From Gemmatimonadales bacterium (GTDB lineage: Bacteria > Gemmatimonadota > Gemmatimonadetes > Gemmatimonadales > GWC2-71-9), in NCBI GenBank assembly GCA_044869265.1, contig JBIOXD010000008.1, forward strand, positions 7,081 to 71,080: 64,000 nucleotides of DNA. Reading direction: 5' to 3'. Below, in pieces: positions 47,428 through 59,533 of the stretch. A program made the position numbers and the translations under genes. The notes below the pieces were generated by a model. It was not told the origin of the DNA, ran no database searches, and saw only the letters and a list, made by a program, of their open reading frames with translations. Within the stretch, counting starts at the first letter, position 1. Each line of letters begins with the position of its first letter.

Positions 47428-47709
47428 ATGGCGAGTCGCTCCCGCGTGCTATACATAGGCGTCACAAATGACCTCTCGCGGCGCGTGAACGAGCACAAAC
47501 AGGGCCTCAACGCCGGGTTCACCAGCAGATACCGGGTCAATCGCCTCGTCCACTTCGAGTAGTTTGGCGACATTCGCGATGCCATTGCTCGCGAGAAGGA
47601 GATCAAGGGCTGGAAACGATCGCGGAAGATCAGTCTGATCGAAGCACGGAACCCTACCTGGAGAGATCTGGCTGAGGATTGGTTCCCTCTTCCAAAAGGG
47701 CGCGCGTAG
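47428..47709 (+). pseudogene. small GIY-YIG nuclease-family gene with an in-frame TAG at codon 45 (47560-47562)
   Basis: MASRSRVLYIGVTNDLSRRVNEHKQGLNAGFTSRYRVNRLVHFE*FGDIRDAIAREKEIKGWKRSRKISLIEARNPTWRDL. It has the GIY-YIG (YIGVT...R..EH) and REK.IK.W motifs. The ORF track misses it because of the stop. Confidence 0.75.
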
Positions 47710-47710
47710 C

Positions 47711-47826
47711 CTGTCATCCTGAGCGGAGCGCGCGGAACGCGCGCGACGCGAAGGATCTGCTGTTGGCACGGCGCGCGGAACGCGCGCGTAGCGAAGAGCT
47801 GCCCTGAGCGCAGCGAAGGGACCCGC
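47711..47826 (+). repeat. intergenic repeat family, copy 4 (extended, two GCGCGCGGAACGCGCGC modules)
   Basis: ctgtcatcctgagcggagcgcgcggaacgcgcgcgacgcgaaggatctgct...gcgcgcggaacgcgcgcgtagcgaag.... It starts 2 nt after the GIY-YIG stop. Confidence 0.85.
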
Positions 47827-47828
47827 TT

Positions 47829-48479
47829 TTAGGACGTCCTGCGCGCCTCCCGCACCGCCGCGAGAAAATGTTCGGCGAGCGCCCCAATCGCTGCGTAGTC
47901 GCGCCGAGCCAATGCTTCCTTTGAGATAAGCTCAGTCCCGACGCCGACCGCCGCGGCGCCTGCCTTGAACATTTCCGCGATGTTCTCGAGCGTCACGCCG
48001 CCCGTGGGGACGAGCGGAATGCCTGGAAAAGGACCGCGCAGCGCCCGCACGTAGCCCGCTCCGCCGACGCTCTGCGCCGGAAAGATCTTCACCATATCGC
48101 CGCCCTTGCGAAACGCCTCGAAGACTTCGCCAGGCGTGAGCGCGCCCGGAAGCACGGCGACCTCCGCACGATGAGCCGCATCGATGACTTCCGGTACGAG
48201 GCAGGGCGTCACGATGAAATTGGCCCCCGCGTCGATCGCGCGTCTGGCAGTCTCGGCGTCCGTCACAGTTCCGGCCCCGACGATCAGCTTGCCGGCAAAG
48301 CGCTTCGCGACAGCGCTGATCGCGTCGATGGCGTTGGGCACTGTCATCGTGATCTCGACGACGGGAAGTCCCGCTTGCAGCAGGGCTTCTGCGACTGGCA
48401 TCGCAACATCAGCGCTGGGCGCGCGGATGATCGGGATGATGCCAACCTCGCGAAGCCTGGAGACCGTTTTCTCTTTCAA
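47829..48479 (-). CDS. eda: KDPG/KHG aldolase (2-dehydro-3-deoxyphosphogluconate / 4-hydroxy-2-oxoglutarate aldolase)
   Basis: GIIPIIRA, VVEITM, GAGTV, FIVTP and the Schiff-base Lys context GGDMVKIFPA. Confidence 0.9.
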   Translation of the reverse strand: MKEKTVSRLREVGIIPIIRAPSADVAMPVAEALLQAGLPVVEITMTVPNAIDAISAVAKRFAGKLIVGAGTVTDAETARRAIDAGANFIVTPCLVPEVIDAAHRAEVAVLPGALTPGEVFEAFRKGGDMVKIFPAQSVGGAGYVRALRGPFPGIPLVPTGGVTLENIAEMFKAGAAAVGVGTELISKEALARRDYAAIGALAEHFLAAVREARRTS

Positions 48480-49423
48480 CGTGACACTCGCGAGCTGCCG
48501 CCGCGCAGGAGCTGGTCCACGTCGCTGCGGGTCACGAGGCAGAAGTCGCCAGGGATGGTATGCTTGAGTGCGGCGGTCGCGGTCGCGAAGCTGAGGGCGT
48601 CGTCCCAGCCCCGATTCTCGAGCCGGCTTACGATCAGCCCGCCCGTGAACGCGTCGCCTGCACCTATCGGATCGACCGTCGTAACCTCGACGCGCGGCGC
48701 GCTGTAGACCTTCCCGTCGGCCGCGATAGTGGCAGAGCAGGGATTATCCCGCCGTGTGATTGCCACCGCGCCGATGTCGAACTGCTTCGCGAGTGATTCC
48801 GCGGACTCGGCACCGAAGATCACCCGGGCGTCTTCCTCGCCGGCGACGAGCACATCCACGTACTCCATCAACGGTTCCTGCACGGCGCACGCCTGCGTGG
48901 CACTCCACAGCTTGCTGCGGTAGTTCAAATCGTAGCTCACCGTGAGGCCGGCCTTCTTGGCCGCTGCGAGGGACTCGGCGGTGACTTGGGCTGCGCCGTC
49001 GCTGAGCGCCGGTGTGATCCCGCTGACGTGGTACCAGCGCGCGCCGGCAAACACCGAAGCCCACTCGATGCTGCCGGGCATGACTCGGCTGAACGCCGAT
49101 CCCGCACGATCGTACAGGACACTGGAGATGCGTGCGCCACCAATCTCCACGAAGTAGAGACCCACTCGTCCATCGGTGGTCCACTCGACGTGTGGGTCTA
49201 CGCCCTGCTCCCGCGCGCGATCGGCGATCATGCGGCCCAGCGCGTTGTCGGGAAGGCGAGACACCCAGCGCGACGCGACGCCCAGCCGGACGGCGAGCAC
49301 GGCGACGTTCAGCTCGCTCCCGCCGACGCTCGCCTGGAGGGTCGAGAGCTGCTCGAGCTGCTGCAAGGCCGGCGGCGAGAACCGCACCATTGCTTCGCCG
49401 AACGTCACGAGATCCATGCGCAA
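48476..49423 (-). CDS. kdgK: PfkB-family sugar kinase, likely 2-dehydro-3-deoxygluconokinase
   Basis: FGEAMVRF N-terminus, GGSELNVA, and C-terminal DPIGAGDAFTGG. 4-nt overlap with eda. Confidence 0.8.
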   Translation of the reverse strand: MRMDLVTFGEAMVRFSPPALQQLEQLSTLQASVGGSELNVAVLAVRLGVASRWVSRLPDNALGRMIADRAREQGVDPHVEWTTDGRVGLYFVEIGGARISSVLYDRAGSAFSRVMPGSIEWASVFAGARWYHVSGITPALSDGAAQVTAESLAAAKKAGLTVSYDLNYRSKLWSATQACAVQEPLMEYVDVLVAGEEDARVIFGAESAESLAKQFDIGAVAITRRDNPCSATIAADGKVYSAPRVEVTTVDPIGAGDAFTGGLIVSRLENRGWDDALSFATATAALKHTIPGDFCLVTRSDVDQLLRGGSSRVSR

Positions 49424-49453
49424 TGCTACTCCCGAAGACGTGGCGCGGTCAGC

Positions 49454-50374
49454 TCAGCGGATCCGTGTCCCGCTGCGAGTGCTCCGTCGCCAGACGCGGA
49501 TGTGATCGACCAGCGCGCGCAACACGCGAGACGCGTGGCGATACTGTGGATAATACAGATAGTAGCCGGGGAATGGCGCGCAGAATTTCTCGAGCACCGG
49601 AACGAGGTCTCCGCGTGCCAGTGCATCCCGGACGTGCGCCTTGTACGCCATCGTGATGCCGATCCCTGCGGTGACGAGACGACGGTTGAGCGCCGCATCC
49701 GTTGACAGCACCCGTGCCGAAACCGCGACCGAGAAGTCACGGCCGTTTTCCGTGAACTCCCAACGGTAGGGCGCCGCCTCGGCGGTCGGATGCCAATTGA
49801 GGCACTCGTGCTGCGTAAGGTCGCGGGGATGCAATGGGGCTCCGTGGCGAGCGAAATACGACGGCGAACCGACAACCACGAGACGCAGGTCGCCGGTCAC
49901 CGGCACGGCGACCATGTCCTTGTCGATGACTTCGCCAAGCTGGATGCCCGCGTCGTAGCCGTCCGCGACGATGTCCACCGGTGCATCGCTCACGACGAGA
50001 TCGAGCTGGATCTGCGGATGTGCCGCAAGAAATCCGGAGAGTAGCGACTCGCCGAACAGGGTTTCGGCGGCCCGCGATGAATGGAGCCGCAGCGTGCCTC
50101 GAGGCGCGGTCCCGGTCTCCCGGACCTCCGCGACCGCGGCGCGCACTTCGTCGAGCGCCGGACGTAGGGCGCTATAGAGGCGCTCACCCGCGTCGGTGAG
50201 GTGAATACTCCGCGTGGTGCGGCGCACGAGCGCGACGCCGAGGCGCGCTTCGAGTCGGCGCACTGCCTGACTCACCGCCGAGTGCGTGACGCCCAGGCGA
50301 TCCCCGGCCGCCCGAAATCCCTTCGCTTCCGCCACGGCAACGAAGGTCGCCATGCCATCGAGTTCCTCAGCCAT
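49454..50374 (-). CDS. LysR-family transcriptional regulator
   Basis: ATG at 50374. MATFVAVAEAKGFRAAGDRLGVTHSAVSQAVRRLEARLGVALVRRTTRSIHLTDAG. The 674-aa ORF extension beyond 50374 is antisense to the divergent AKR gene. Confidence 0.9.
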   Translation of the reverse strand: MAEELDGMATFVAVAEAKGFRAAGDRLGVTHSAVSQAVRRLEARLGVALVRRTTRSIHLTDAGERLYSALRPALDEVRAAVAEVRETGTAPRGTLRLHSSRAAETLFGESLLSGFLAAHPQIQLDLVVSDAPVDIVADGYDAGIQLGEVIDKDMVAVPVTGDLRLVVVGSPSYFARHGAPLHPRDLTQHECLNWHPTAEAAPYRWEFTENGRDFSVAVSARVLSTDAALNRRLVTAGIGITMAYKAHVRDALARGDLVPVLEKFCAPFPGYYLYYPQYRHASRVLRALVDHIRVWRRSTRSGTRIR

Positions 50375-50440
50375 TGGTAATAGATGCTTACCGGTTTGGA
50401 CAGCGTTGGCAAGTAGATCAACCGAGCGCTCCGCGCTTGA

Positions 50441-51450
<1,010 letters not shown>

Positions 51451-51452
51451 TC

Positions 51453-53384
51453 ATGACTACTTTGACGCTCTGTATCATCGCAGGCCTGACACAGCAGCCT
51501 CAGTGGGTGGTCCCCGCGGAATTCCAGGTCACCGTGTTCGCCGAGAACGTCGAGAACGCGCGCGAGATGGCGCTGGGTCCGCAAGGCACCGTGTTCGTCG
51601 GATCGATGAGGGCCGGCAAGGTGCACGCGGTCATCGATCGCGACGGCGATCACAAGGCCGACCGGGTGGTGTTGATCGCCAGCGGCCTCGATCAGCCCAA
51701 TGGCGTCGCGATACACAACGGCGCGCTGTATGTGGCGACTGCGAGCAAGCTCCTGCGGTTCGATGACATCGGACGCCATCTCGACTCGCCTCCTGCCCCG
51801 GTCATCGTGCGTGACAGCTTGCCGAATTCGACGGAGGGCCACACATGGAAGTTCATCGCGTTCGGACCCGACAGCTTGCTGTACATGTCGGTCGGCGCTC
51901 CGTGCAACATCTGCCTGTCCCCGCCCATGGTGTCCACGATTCTGCGGATGAAGCCCGACGGATCGGCGCTCGAGGTGTTCGCTGAAGGGATCCGGAACAC
52001 CGTCGGTTTCGATTGGCACCCGATCTCACGGGAGCTGTGGTTCACCGATAATGGTCGCGACTTCCTCGGCGACGACGTGCCGAGCGACGAGCTCAATGTC
52101 GCCTGGAAGCCCGGCCTGCATTTCGGATTCCCATTCTGTCATCAGGGTGACGTGTCGGATCCGGTGTTCGGCGCGCAGCGGGCCTGCTCCACGACGGAAC
52201 CACCGGCGCTGAAGCTCGACGCCCACGTGGCGGCGCTCGGGATCACGTTCTACACGGGCAACATGTTTCCGGCGAGCTACAAGAACGCGGTGATCATCGC
52301 ACAGCATGGCTCGTGGAACCGGTCGGTTCCGAGCGGCTATCGCGTCATGGTGGCGCGCACGGATGGACGCCGTGTGACCAGCTACGAAACGTTCCTGGAC
52401 GGTTTCCTGCCCAACAGAGCGAGCGCGCCAGGCGGCCGGGCTGCCGGGGCGGCGGCCCTCGGGCGGCCCGTCGATGTGCTGCAGCTGCCGGACGGCTCCG
52501 TCCTGATTAGCGACGACACCGGCAATCGCCTCCTCCGTGTCAGCTACGCTCCAGGGCAGAACCGAACGCAGGTGACGATCAACGACACCGGCGTCGTCGC
52601 GGAGAATCTCACCTCGAGTCGAGACGGCACGGTGTATTTCGGCAGCATGGCGAAAGGGACGATCTACCGCGCCGCGCCGGGAGCCGGTCAAGCTGAGCCG
52701 TGGATTCTCGCATCGACCGCCGGCCTGACGCGGGTGCTCGGCGTCCTCGCGGACGACAAGACCAACACGCTCTGGGTCTGCCAGAATGCTACGGACGGCC
52801 GTGACGGGACGCCGGTGACCGGACAGACCGCGCTCCGGTCCTTCGACCTGACGAGTGGCGCCGCCAAAGGGACGTACCCATTCCCACCCAACAGCGGCGT
52901 GTGCAACGATATCGCGCTGTCGGTCGACGGTACGGCCTACGTATCCGAGTCGTTTCGCGGCCGCGTCCACCGACTGAAGCCCGGTGCGACCGCGCTGGAG
53001 GTGTGGACGAGCGATGAGCAGCTGAACGTCATCGACGGTCTCGCCGTCCTCGCCGATGGCTCGCTGTACGTGAACAACTTCGCCACCGGCAAGCTGTTTC
53101 GCATTCCGGTGAAGCCGGACGGCAGCGCAGGCCCGATCGTGCCGATCGAGACGTCACTGCCGCTGGTGCGGCCGGACGGTTTGCGGAGCGTGGGTCCACG
53201 GACGTTGATCCAGGCCGAGCAACAGGGACGTGTCGCCGAGCTCACGATCAGTGGCGATCGCGCGGAGGTTCGCGTGCTCCAGGACGGGCTCACCCGCGCC
53301 TCCGGCGTAACCTTGGTTGGCAACACCGTTGTCGCGCTCGTTGAGCTCGCGAGAGCCGTAATCGTACCGTATCAACCACGATAG
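51453..53384 (+). CDS. PQQ-dependent sugar (sorbosone-type) dehydrogenase fused to an SMP-30/gluconolactonase-like beta-propeller
   Basis: The N-terminal half has LDQPNGVAIHNGALYVA, RNTVGFDWHP and IIAQHGSWNRS (GSDH family). The C-terminal ~270 aa is a second propeller-like domain. ATG 51453 follows AAGGGGA; the alternative ATG at 51435 overlaps the AKR gene. Confidence 0.75.
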   Translation: MTTLTLCIIAGLTQQPQWVVPAEFQVTVFAENVENAREMALGPQGTVFVGSMRAGKVHAVIDRDGDHKADRVVLIASGLDQPNGVAIHNGALYVATASKLLRFDDIGRHLDSPPAPVIVRDSLPNSTEGHTWKFIAFGPDSLLYMSVGAPCNICLSPPMVSTILRMKPDGSALEVFAEGIRNTVGFDWHPISRELWFTDNGRDFLGDDVPSDELNVAWKPGLHFGFPFCHQGDVSDPVFGAQRACSTTEPPALKLDAHVAALGITFYTGNMFPASYKNAVIIAQHGSWNRSVPSGYRVMVARTDGRRVTSYETFLDGFLPNRASAPGGRAAGAAALGRPVDVLQLPDGSVLISDDTGNRLLRVSYAPGQNRTQVTINDTGVVAENLTSSRDGTVYFGSMAKGTIYRAAPGAGQAEPWILASTAGLTRVLGVLADDKTNTLWVCQNATDGRDGTPVTGQTALRSFDLTSGAAKGTYPFPPNSGVCNDIALSVDGTAYVSESFRGRVHRLKPGATALEVWTSDEQLNVIDGLAVLADGSLYVNNFATGKLFRIPVKPDGSAGPIVPIETSLPLVRPDGLRSVGPRTLIQAEQQGRVAELTISGDRAEVRVLQDGLTRASGVTLVGNTVVALVELARAVIVPYQPR

Positions 53385-53398
53385 AAGGACGCTGAGAC

Positions 53399-54552
<1,154 letters not shown>

Positions 54553-54556
<4 letters not shown>

Positions 54557-55548
54557 GCCGCTTAACTCGTCGCGCGGCTGGGGCCGTGTGGTACGCGGCC
54601 GTGGCACCATGTGGCCTGAGTGCCCAAGGAGAGAACATGAAGGTGGCGAGCCCGCCACCCGCGGTGCACCTGCGCGTCGACAACACAGTCGGTGAGCTCC
54701 TGGAGCATCCGGCATTCTCCGGCTTTGCTGGTCTGCTCCTGCCATGGGATGACCGCCGTTACGATACGACCCTGCGGCTGAAGGAGATCGCCTCGCTCCT
54801 CCCGTACCACACCCACGTCGATCCCGCCGTCGTCGTGTCGTCACTCAACCGGATGATCGACGACGCGGCCCTGGGTCGAAAGGTGTTCCACGAGTTCTAC
54901 ACCGCTGCCGAAATGGAGGCGGAACCGTCGCGTCGGAACACGGGCCTCTTGCTTTTCCGCGGCAAGCCCGGCGCACCGTTCGCGGTGATTGCGCCCGGCG
55001 GCGGGTTCGCCTACGTGGCGTCCGTCCACGAGGGCTTCCCGTACGCGGTCGAGATCAACAAACGCGGCTTCAACGCATTTGTCCTCAAATATCGCACCGT
55101 ACAGGGCGGCCGGTTCGCGACAGAGGATCTGGCGGCGGCACTGACGTACATCTTCCGGAATGCCGCGCCGCTTGGTGTGACGACGGCCGGCTATTCACTC
55201 TGGGGCAGTTCCGCCGGTGCGAGGATGGCCGCCTCGATCGGTTCCCACGGCACGGCACGATTTGGCGGTGCAACCCTGCCGCGGCCAGCCATCGTCGTCC
55301 TGCTCTACACGGGCCATTCCGATTTCGCTCCGTCCGAACCGCCGACCTTTGTTGCCGTTGGCGATGCCGACGGGATCGCACCTCCTGTGCTGATGGAGAG
55401 GCGGGTTACGGCGTTGCGAAGGGCGGGGACCGACGTGGAGTACCACAGGTATCCCGGTGTGGGTCATGGCTTCGGCCTAGGGGTCGGTACCAGCGCCGAG
55501 GGATGGATCGCTGCGGCCCTCACCTTCTGGGAGAAGCACATCGAATGA
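54553..55548 (+). CDS. alpha/beta-hydrolase fold esterase
   Basis: [10 protein letters not shown] (oxyanion region), nucleophile elbow LWGSSAGA, and C-terminal GVGHGFG. An alternative ATG at 54637 is preceded by AGGAG. Confidence 0.75.
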
Positions 55549-57146
55549 ACAAGCGAGTCTTGGTCGCACTCTTCGCGGCATCGCTGGCCTGTTCGGAACT
55601 CGCAACGGCGCAGACCGTTCGTACTGCTGCAGGAGTCGTGCGCGGCGTGACCGAAGGGGATGTCTCCAGCTTCAAGGGGATTCCGTATGCGGCGCCTCCG
55701 GTCGGCGCAAAGCGCTGGCGCCCGACACAACCGGTGGCCGCATGGCAAGGAGAACGCGACGCGAGCACGTTCGGTGCGAATTGCGCGCAGGCCGCCTTTC
55801 CACCAGGCTCCGCGCCGATGTCGACGACTTCCTCGGAAGATTGCCTGTTCGTCAACCTGTGGCGACCGGCTGGTGCCGCGCCGGGCGCGAAGCTGCCCGT
55901 CATGGTGTGGATCCACGGAGGCGCTTTCGTAGTCGGGAGCGGATCCCAGCCGGACTTTTCGGGAGTGCAGTTCGCGAAGCAAGGCGTCATCCTGGTCACC
56001 TTCAACTACCGTTTGGGGCGCCTCGGCTTTTTCGCGTTCCCCGGGCTGAGCCGCGAGCATCCGGAAGAGCTCAAGGGCAACTACGCCTACATGGACCAGA
56101 TCGCCGCGCTGCAGTGGGTCCGGCGAAACATCGGAGCGTTCGGCGGTGATCCCGCGAACGTCACCATCTTCGGCGAGTCTGCCGGCGGCGTGTCGGTGCA
56201 TATCCACCTCACCTCGCCGCTGTCGCGTGGCCTATTCCACAAGGCGATCATCGAGTCCGGCGGCGGACGGGACGGCGTGCTCACTGGGCGGCCGATACGC
56301 GAGAATGGAGTCGATCCGCACTATCCGATCTCGGCGGAGTCGATCGGTGTGAATTTCGCGCGCCGGCACGGCATCCAGGGCGTCGATTCCGCCGAGCTGG
56401 CCACGCTGCGCGCCCTCAGTGTCGCCGAAATCATCGATGGAGGTCAGGAGACCGCGGGACCAGGGGGTCCGCTCACCTATTCGGGTCCGATTCTCGACGG
56501 CCGGCTGATGGTGGAAACCGCCCAGAGCGCTTATGAAGCCGGGCGCCAGTTGCGGGTTCCACTGATCATCGGAACCACCAGCGCCGATTTCGTCGGCTTC
56601 ATCAGTGCGGACACGAAGGAGGCGCTGTTCTCCCAATTCGGAGACCGGAAAGCCGAGGCGATCGCGGCCTATGACCCCGACGGGTCCACCGAGCTCCCGG
56701 TGCTGCTTGAGATGGCCGGCACCGATCGGGTCCAGACCGAGCCGGCACGCTTCACCGCAACCGCCTTCGCCGCCAAAGGCGCGCCAGCGTACCTGTATCG
56801 CTTCGCCTACATCCCCACAGCGATGCGGGAGCGGTGGCGGAGTGGCGTGCCACACGGCGCCGAAATCCCATTTGTGTTCGGAACGCTGGGCGCCCGACCG
56901 GGCGGGGCCACGCCGACGTCGCAGGACCAAGAGATGTCCCGAATGGTCAACAGCTATTGGACCAACTTTGCAAAGACAGGCGACCCGAATCGTCCGGGAT
57001 TACCGAGGTGGCCGCGTCGCGATCCGGAGAAGAACGAGATCCTCGAATTCCGATCCGACGGCTCGGCGGTCGCTACGCGAGATCCCTGGAAAGCACGGCT
57101 CGACGTGACCGAGCACGCCGCCACGGCGGCGAAGCCGCGGCCATGA
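55545..57146 (+). CDS. type-B carboxylesterase/lipase (para-nitrobenzyl-esterase-like), exported
   Basis: ATGA overlap with the upstream gene. Signal peptide [50 protein letters not shown], and the GESAGG nucleophile elbow. Confidence 0.92.
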   Translation: MNKRVLVALFAASLACSELATAQTVRTAAGVVRGVTEGDVSSFKGIPYAAPPVGAKRWRPTQPVAAWQGERDASTFGANCAQAAFPPGSAPMSTTSSEDCLFVNLWRPAGAAPGAKLPVMVWIHGGAFVVGSGSQPDFSGVQFAKQGVILVTFNYRLGRLGFFAFPGLSREHPEELKGNYAYMDQIAALQWVRRNIGAFGGDPANVTIFGESAGGVSVHIHLTSPLSRGLFHKAIIESGGGRDGVLTGRPIRENGVDPHYPISAESIGVNFARRHGIQGVDSAELATLRALSVAEIIDGGQETAGPGGPLTYSGPILDGRLMVETAQSAYEAGRQLRVPLIIGTTSADFVGFISADTKEALFSQFGDRKAEAIAAYDPDGSTELPVLLEMAGTDRVQTEPARFTATAFAAKGAPAYLYRFAYIPTAMRERWRSGVPHGAEIPFVFGTLGARPGGATPTSQDQEMSRMVNSYWTNFAKTGDPNRPGLPRWPRRDPEKNEILEFRSDGSAVATRDPWKARLDVTEHAATAAKPRP

Positions 57147-57174
57147 CGCACATTTCCCCACGGAGATCCCAACC

Positions 57175-57636
57175 ATGAAAGCGATCATCCTTGCGTTCGC
57201 CGCGCTCTCTCTAGCCTGCTCGACGCCGACCATGGCGCAGGCCGTCAAGGCCGACAGCGCGAATAGCAGGCTGGAGCGAGAACTACTCACCCTCTCGCGA
57301 ACCAAGTGGCGCTGGATGTCAGAGCGCAACGTCGATTCCCTGGCTGCGCTCTTCGATGGCCAGGCCGTCTTTGTCCATATGGGCGGATCCTGGGGTACAG
57401 ACCGCGAGCTCGAGGTCATCAGAAGTGGAGGGATCCACTACAAGCATGCGGAGATCTTCGAAACGTCGGTCCGATTCATCGGGACAACGGCTATTGTGTT
57501 GAACAGGATTCGTCTCGATGCCGTCGTCGGCGGCAACGAGGTCACCAACCCCTTCATGGTGACGGAGGTCTATGTGCAGCAGAACGGAAAGTGGAAGCTG
57601 GGTTCGCTCTCGTTCACCAGGCTGTTGACGCCATAG
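57175..57636 (+). CDS. exported SnoaL-like / DUF4440 (NTF2-fold) protein
   Basis: Signal peptide MKAIILAFAALSLACSTPTMAQA. About 130-aa NTF2-like core ending QNGKWKL. Confidence 0.65.
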   Translation: MKAIILAFAALSLACSTPTMAQAVKADSANSRLERELLTLSRTKWRWMSERNVDSLAALFDGQAVFVHMGGSWGTDRELEVIRSGGIHYKHAEIFETSVRFIGTTAIVLNRIRLDAVVGGNEVTNPFMVTEVYVQQNGKWKLGSLSFTRLLTP

Positions 57637-57645
57637 TCATCGGTT

Positions 57646-58665
57646 CTACCGCACCTTCCCACGGGCCGCGACCGTCCAGCTTCCTTCCACTCGGTCGCGG
57701 CGCCCGTACCAGATCTCATCGTGCAGGTTGACCGTCGCGCAGCAGTGGCTCGGCACCACCCAGACTTTTTCACCGACGGGCGGCTTCCCATCGATCTCCA
57801 CGTAGCCATGCTCCTCATTCATTTTTCGCATGGTCCACGAGCGCCCGGGGAAGTGCCCGTACGTTCCGACACCAAATGTCTGATCGCTCGAGAACGTCTT
57901 TGACCCGGCATCGATCACGCACTGGCCCGGCACCGCGGTGCTGACGACGGTGGTCAGCACGCGCAGTGCGCAATCCGCTTCGACGCAAACCTTGGCCGCA
58001 AGGCTGCTCGCGTCGTAAAAGACGTAGGTGCCAGGCCGGATCTCGGTTGTCTGCGGAATCAGCGGCGTCTTCGCGGCACCGGGCGTCGAACCTCCGGACA
58101 CGATCTTCGCCTCGAAGCCCTCCGCGTTGAGCGCGGCAAGCACGGCATCGATCTTCACGCATGCTGCCCGGAAGCCCGCTTCGTCGAGCCACGATGGCCA
58201 ATAGAAGATTCCCTGGAAATCGGAGCACGCCTGCGCGATCGGCACTGCTTCTTGGGGTGACTGCGCGCCAGTGCGTCCCACACCGACGTCGATTTCTACC
58301 AGCGTTGCGATCCCCTGGAGGTCGCGGGCGACGTCCACTGAATCCACCGCGACCTTTACGTGCCGCCGTTTCGCCAGCGCTTTCAGGCGCGGCAGCTTCG
58401 GCTTCAGCAGCGGGTAGGCGACGAGCACATCGTCGCCAGGCAGCACTTCGGCCTCGCCGACTTTGGCGACCGTGATCCCGATCGCGCCGGCATCGAGCTG
58501 CATCTGCGCAATTTCCGGGATCTTGTGGGTCTTCACGTGCGGCCGGAGCGCCACGCCCCAGGTGCGGCACTGCTCCTGCATCCGAGCGATGTTGCGCTCG
58601 AGCACGTCGAGATCGACGTACAGGGCAGGGGTGTCGAGGTCGAGTGCGTCGACGGCTGTCCTCAC
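57646..58665 (-). CDS. D-TA-family PLP enzyme (alanine-racemase-fold; D-threonine aldolase / D-serine dehydratase-like)
   Basis: LDTPALYVDLDVLERNI...ALRPHVKTHK (PLP-Lys motif) and a C-terminal beta-domain. The GTG at 58665 overlaps the cupin stop (GTGA). Confidence 0.75.
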   Translation of the reverse strand: MRTAVDALDLDTPALYVDLDVLERNIARMQEQCRTWGVALRPHVKTHKIPEIAQMQLDAGAIGITVAKVGEAEVLPGDDVLVAYPLLKPKLPRLKALAKRRHVKVAVDSVDVARDLQGIATLVEIDVGVGRTGAQSPQEAVPIAQACSDFQGIFYWPSWLDEAGFRAACVKIDAVLAALNAEGFEAKIVSGGSTPGAAKTPLIPQTTEIRPGTYVFYDASSLAAKVCVEADCALRVLTTVVSTAVPGQCVIDAGSKTFSSDQTFGVGTYGHFPGRSWTMRKMNEEHGYVEIDGKPPVGEKVWVVPSHCCATVNLHDEIWYGRRDRVEGSWTVAARGKVR

Positions 58666-59129
58666 TTTGACTCGCGCCGGTACTGCGGGTCGATGACATG
58701 TTCCAGCCATTCGACGTCGCGATTGGGCAGATTCTCCACAATCGCGAGATGCGTCACGCCGGTGGTTGGCGTGGCGCCATGCCAGTGTTTCACACCGGGC
58801 GGGGTCCACACCACGTCACCCTCCCGCATCTCTTCGACGGGCCCACCGCTCGCCTGAACCCACCCCGTCCCAGCCGTCACGATGAGAATCTGCCCCAACG
58901 GGTGAATGTGCCAGGCGGTGCGGGCGCCGGGCTCGAACGATACGCTCGCCACCGAAGTACGGGCCGGGGCGTTCGGTCGCAACAGGCGGACGATGCGTGC
59001 CGAGCCGGTGAAATTCTCCGGCGGACCGCTGATCGTGGGCTGTGAACCGGTGCGCGTGATGGCGATCGGCTGGGTACCCTGGCTTGATGCGATACACAGT
59101 GACATGACCGTTGCGATCAGGACTCTCAT
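58662..59129 (-). CDS. exported cupin-domain protein
   Basis: The ATG at 59129 overlaps the RidA stop (ATGA). Signal peptide MRVLIATVMSLCIASSQG. Cupin motifs GARTAWHIHPLGQIL and HWHGA. Confidence 0.75.
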   Translation of the reverse strand: MRVLIATVMSLCIASSQGTQPIAITRTGSQPTISGPPENFTGSARIVRLLRPNAPARTSVASVSFEPGARTAWHIHPLGQILIVTAGTGWVQASGGPVEEMREGDVVWTPPGVKHWHGATPTTGVTHLAIVENLPNRDVEWLEHVIDPQYRRESK

Positions 59130-59533
59130 TGAGCCCTCCTCGCGATGCACTCGATCTCGACCGCAATGCCGCCGGGAAGCGCGCCCGCCTGGATCGTCGT
59201 GCGCGCGGGGAAGGGCGCCGAGAAGTACGACTGGTACACCTCATTCATCGCGGCGAAGTCGTTGATGTCGCGGAGGTACACATTGCATTTCACCACGTGG
59301 TCGAGCGACGAGCCGGCAGCCTGGAGAATCGCTCGCATGTTCTCGAACGTCCGCTTCGTCTCTGCGCGCACGTCGCCGAGCTCGCGTTTCCCCGTCTCCG
59401 GATTGGTGGGCCCCTGTCCTGCGACGAAAATGAAGTCTCCTTCGACGATCGCCTGCGAGTACGGACCCATTGGCTTCGGCGCCTTCTCGGTTGCAATGGC
59501 GTTTCTCACGCGCTTCTCCTCGCTCGTTTCCAT
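59126..59533 (-). CDS. RidA/YjgF/UK114-family reactive-enamine/imine deaminase
   Basis: ATG at 59533. APKPMGPYSQAIVEGDFIFVAGQGP...VKCNVYLRDINDFAAMNEVY...PARTTIQ..LP....VEIE is the canonical RidA signature. Confidence 0.9.
   Translation of the reverse strand: METSEEKRVRNAIATEKAPKPMGPYSQAIVEGDFIFVAGQGPTNPETGKRELGDVRAETKRTFENMRAILQAAGSSLDHVVKCNVYLRDINDFAAMNEVYQSYFSAPFPARTTIQAGALPGGIAVEIECIARRAQ

Noticed and set aside
46840-47562. Stop-codon reassignment or programmed readthrough to explain the in-frame TAA (46840) and TAG (47560)
   Set aside because: TAG, TAA and TGA all terminate well-supported genes in this window (e.g. TAG at 1479 and 14242, TAA at 19181-19183 on the minus strand, and many TGAs). 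Nonsense mutations or sequence errors are the simpler explanation.
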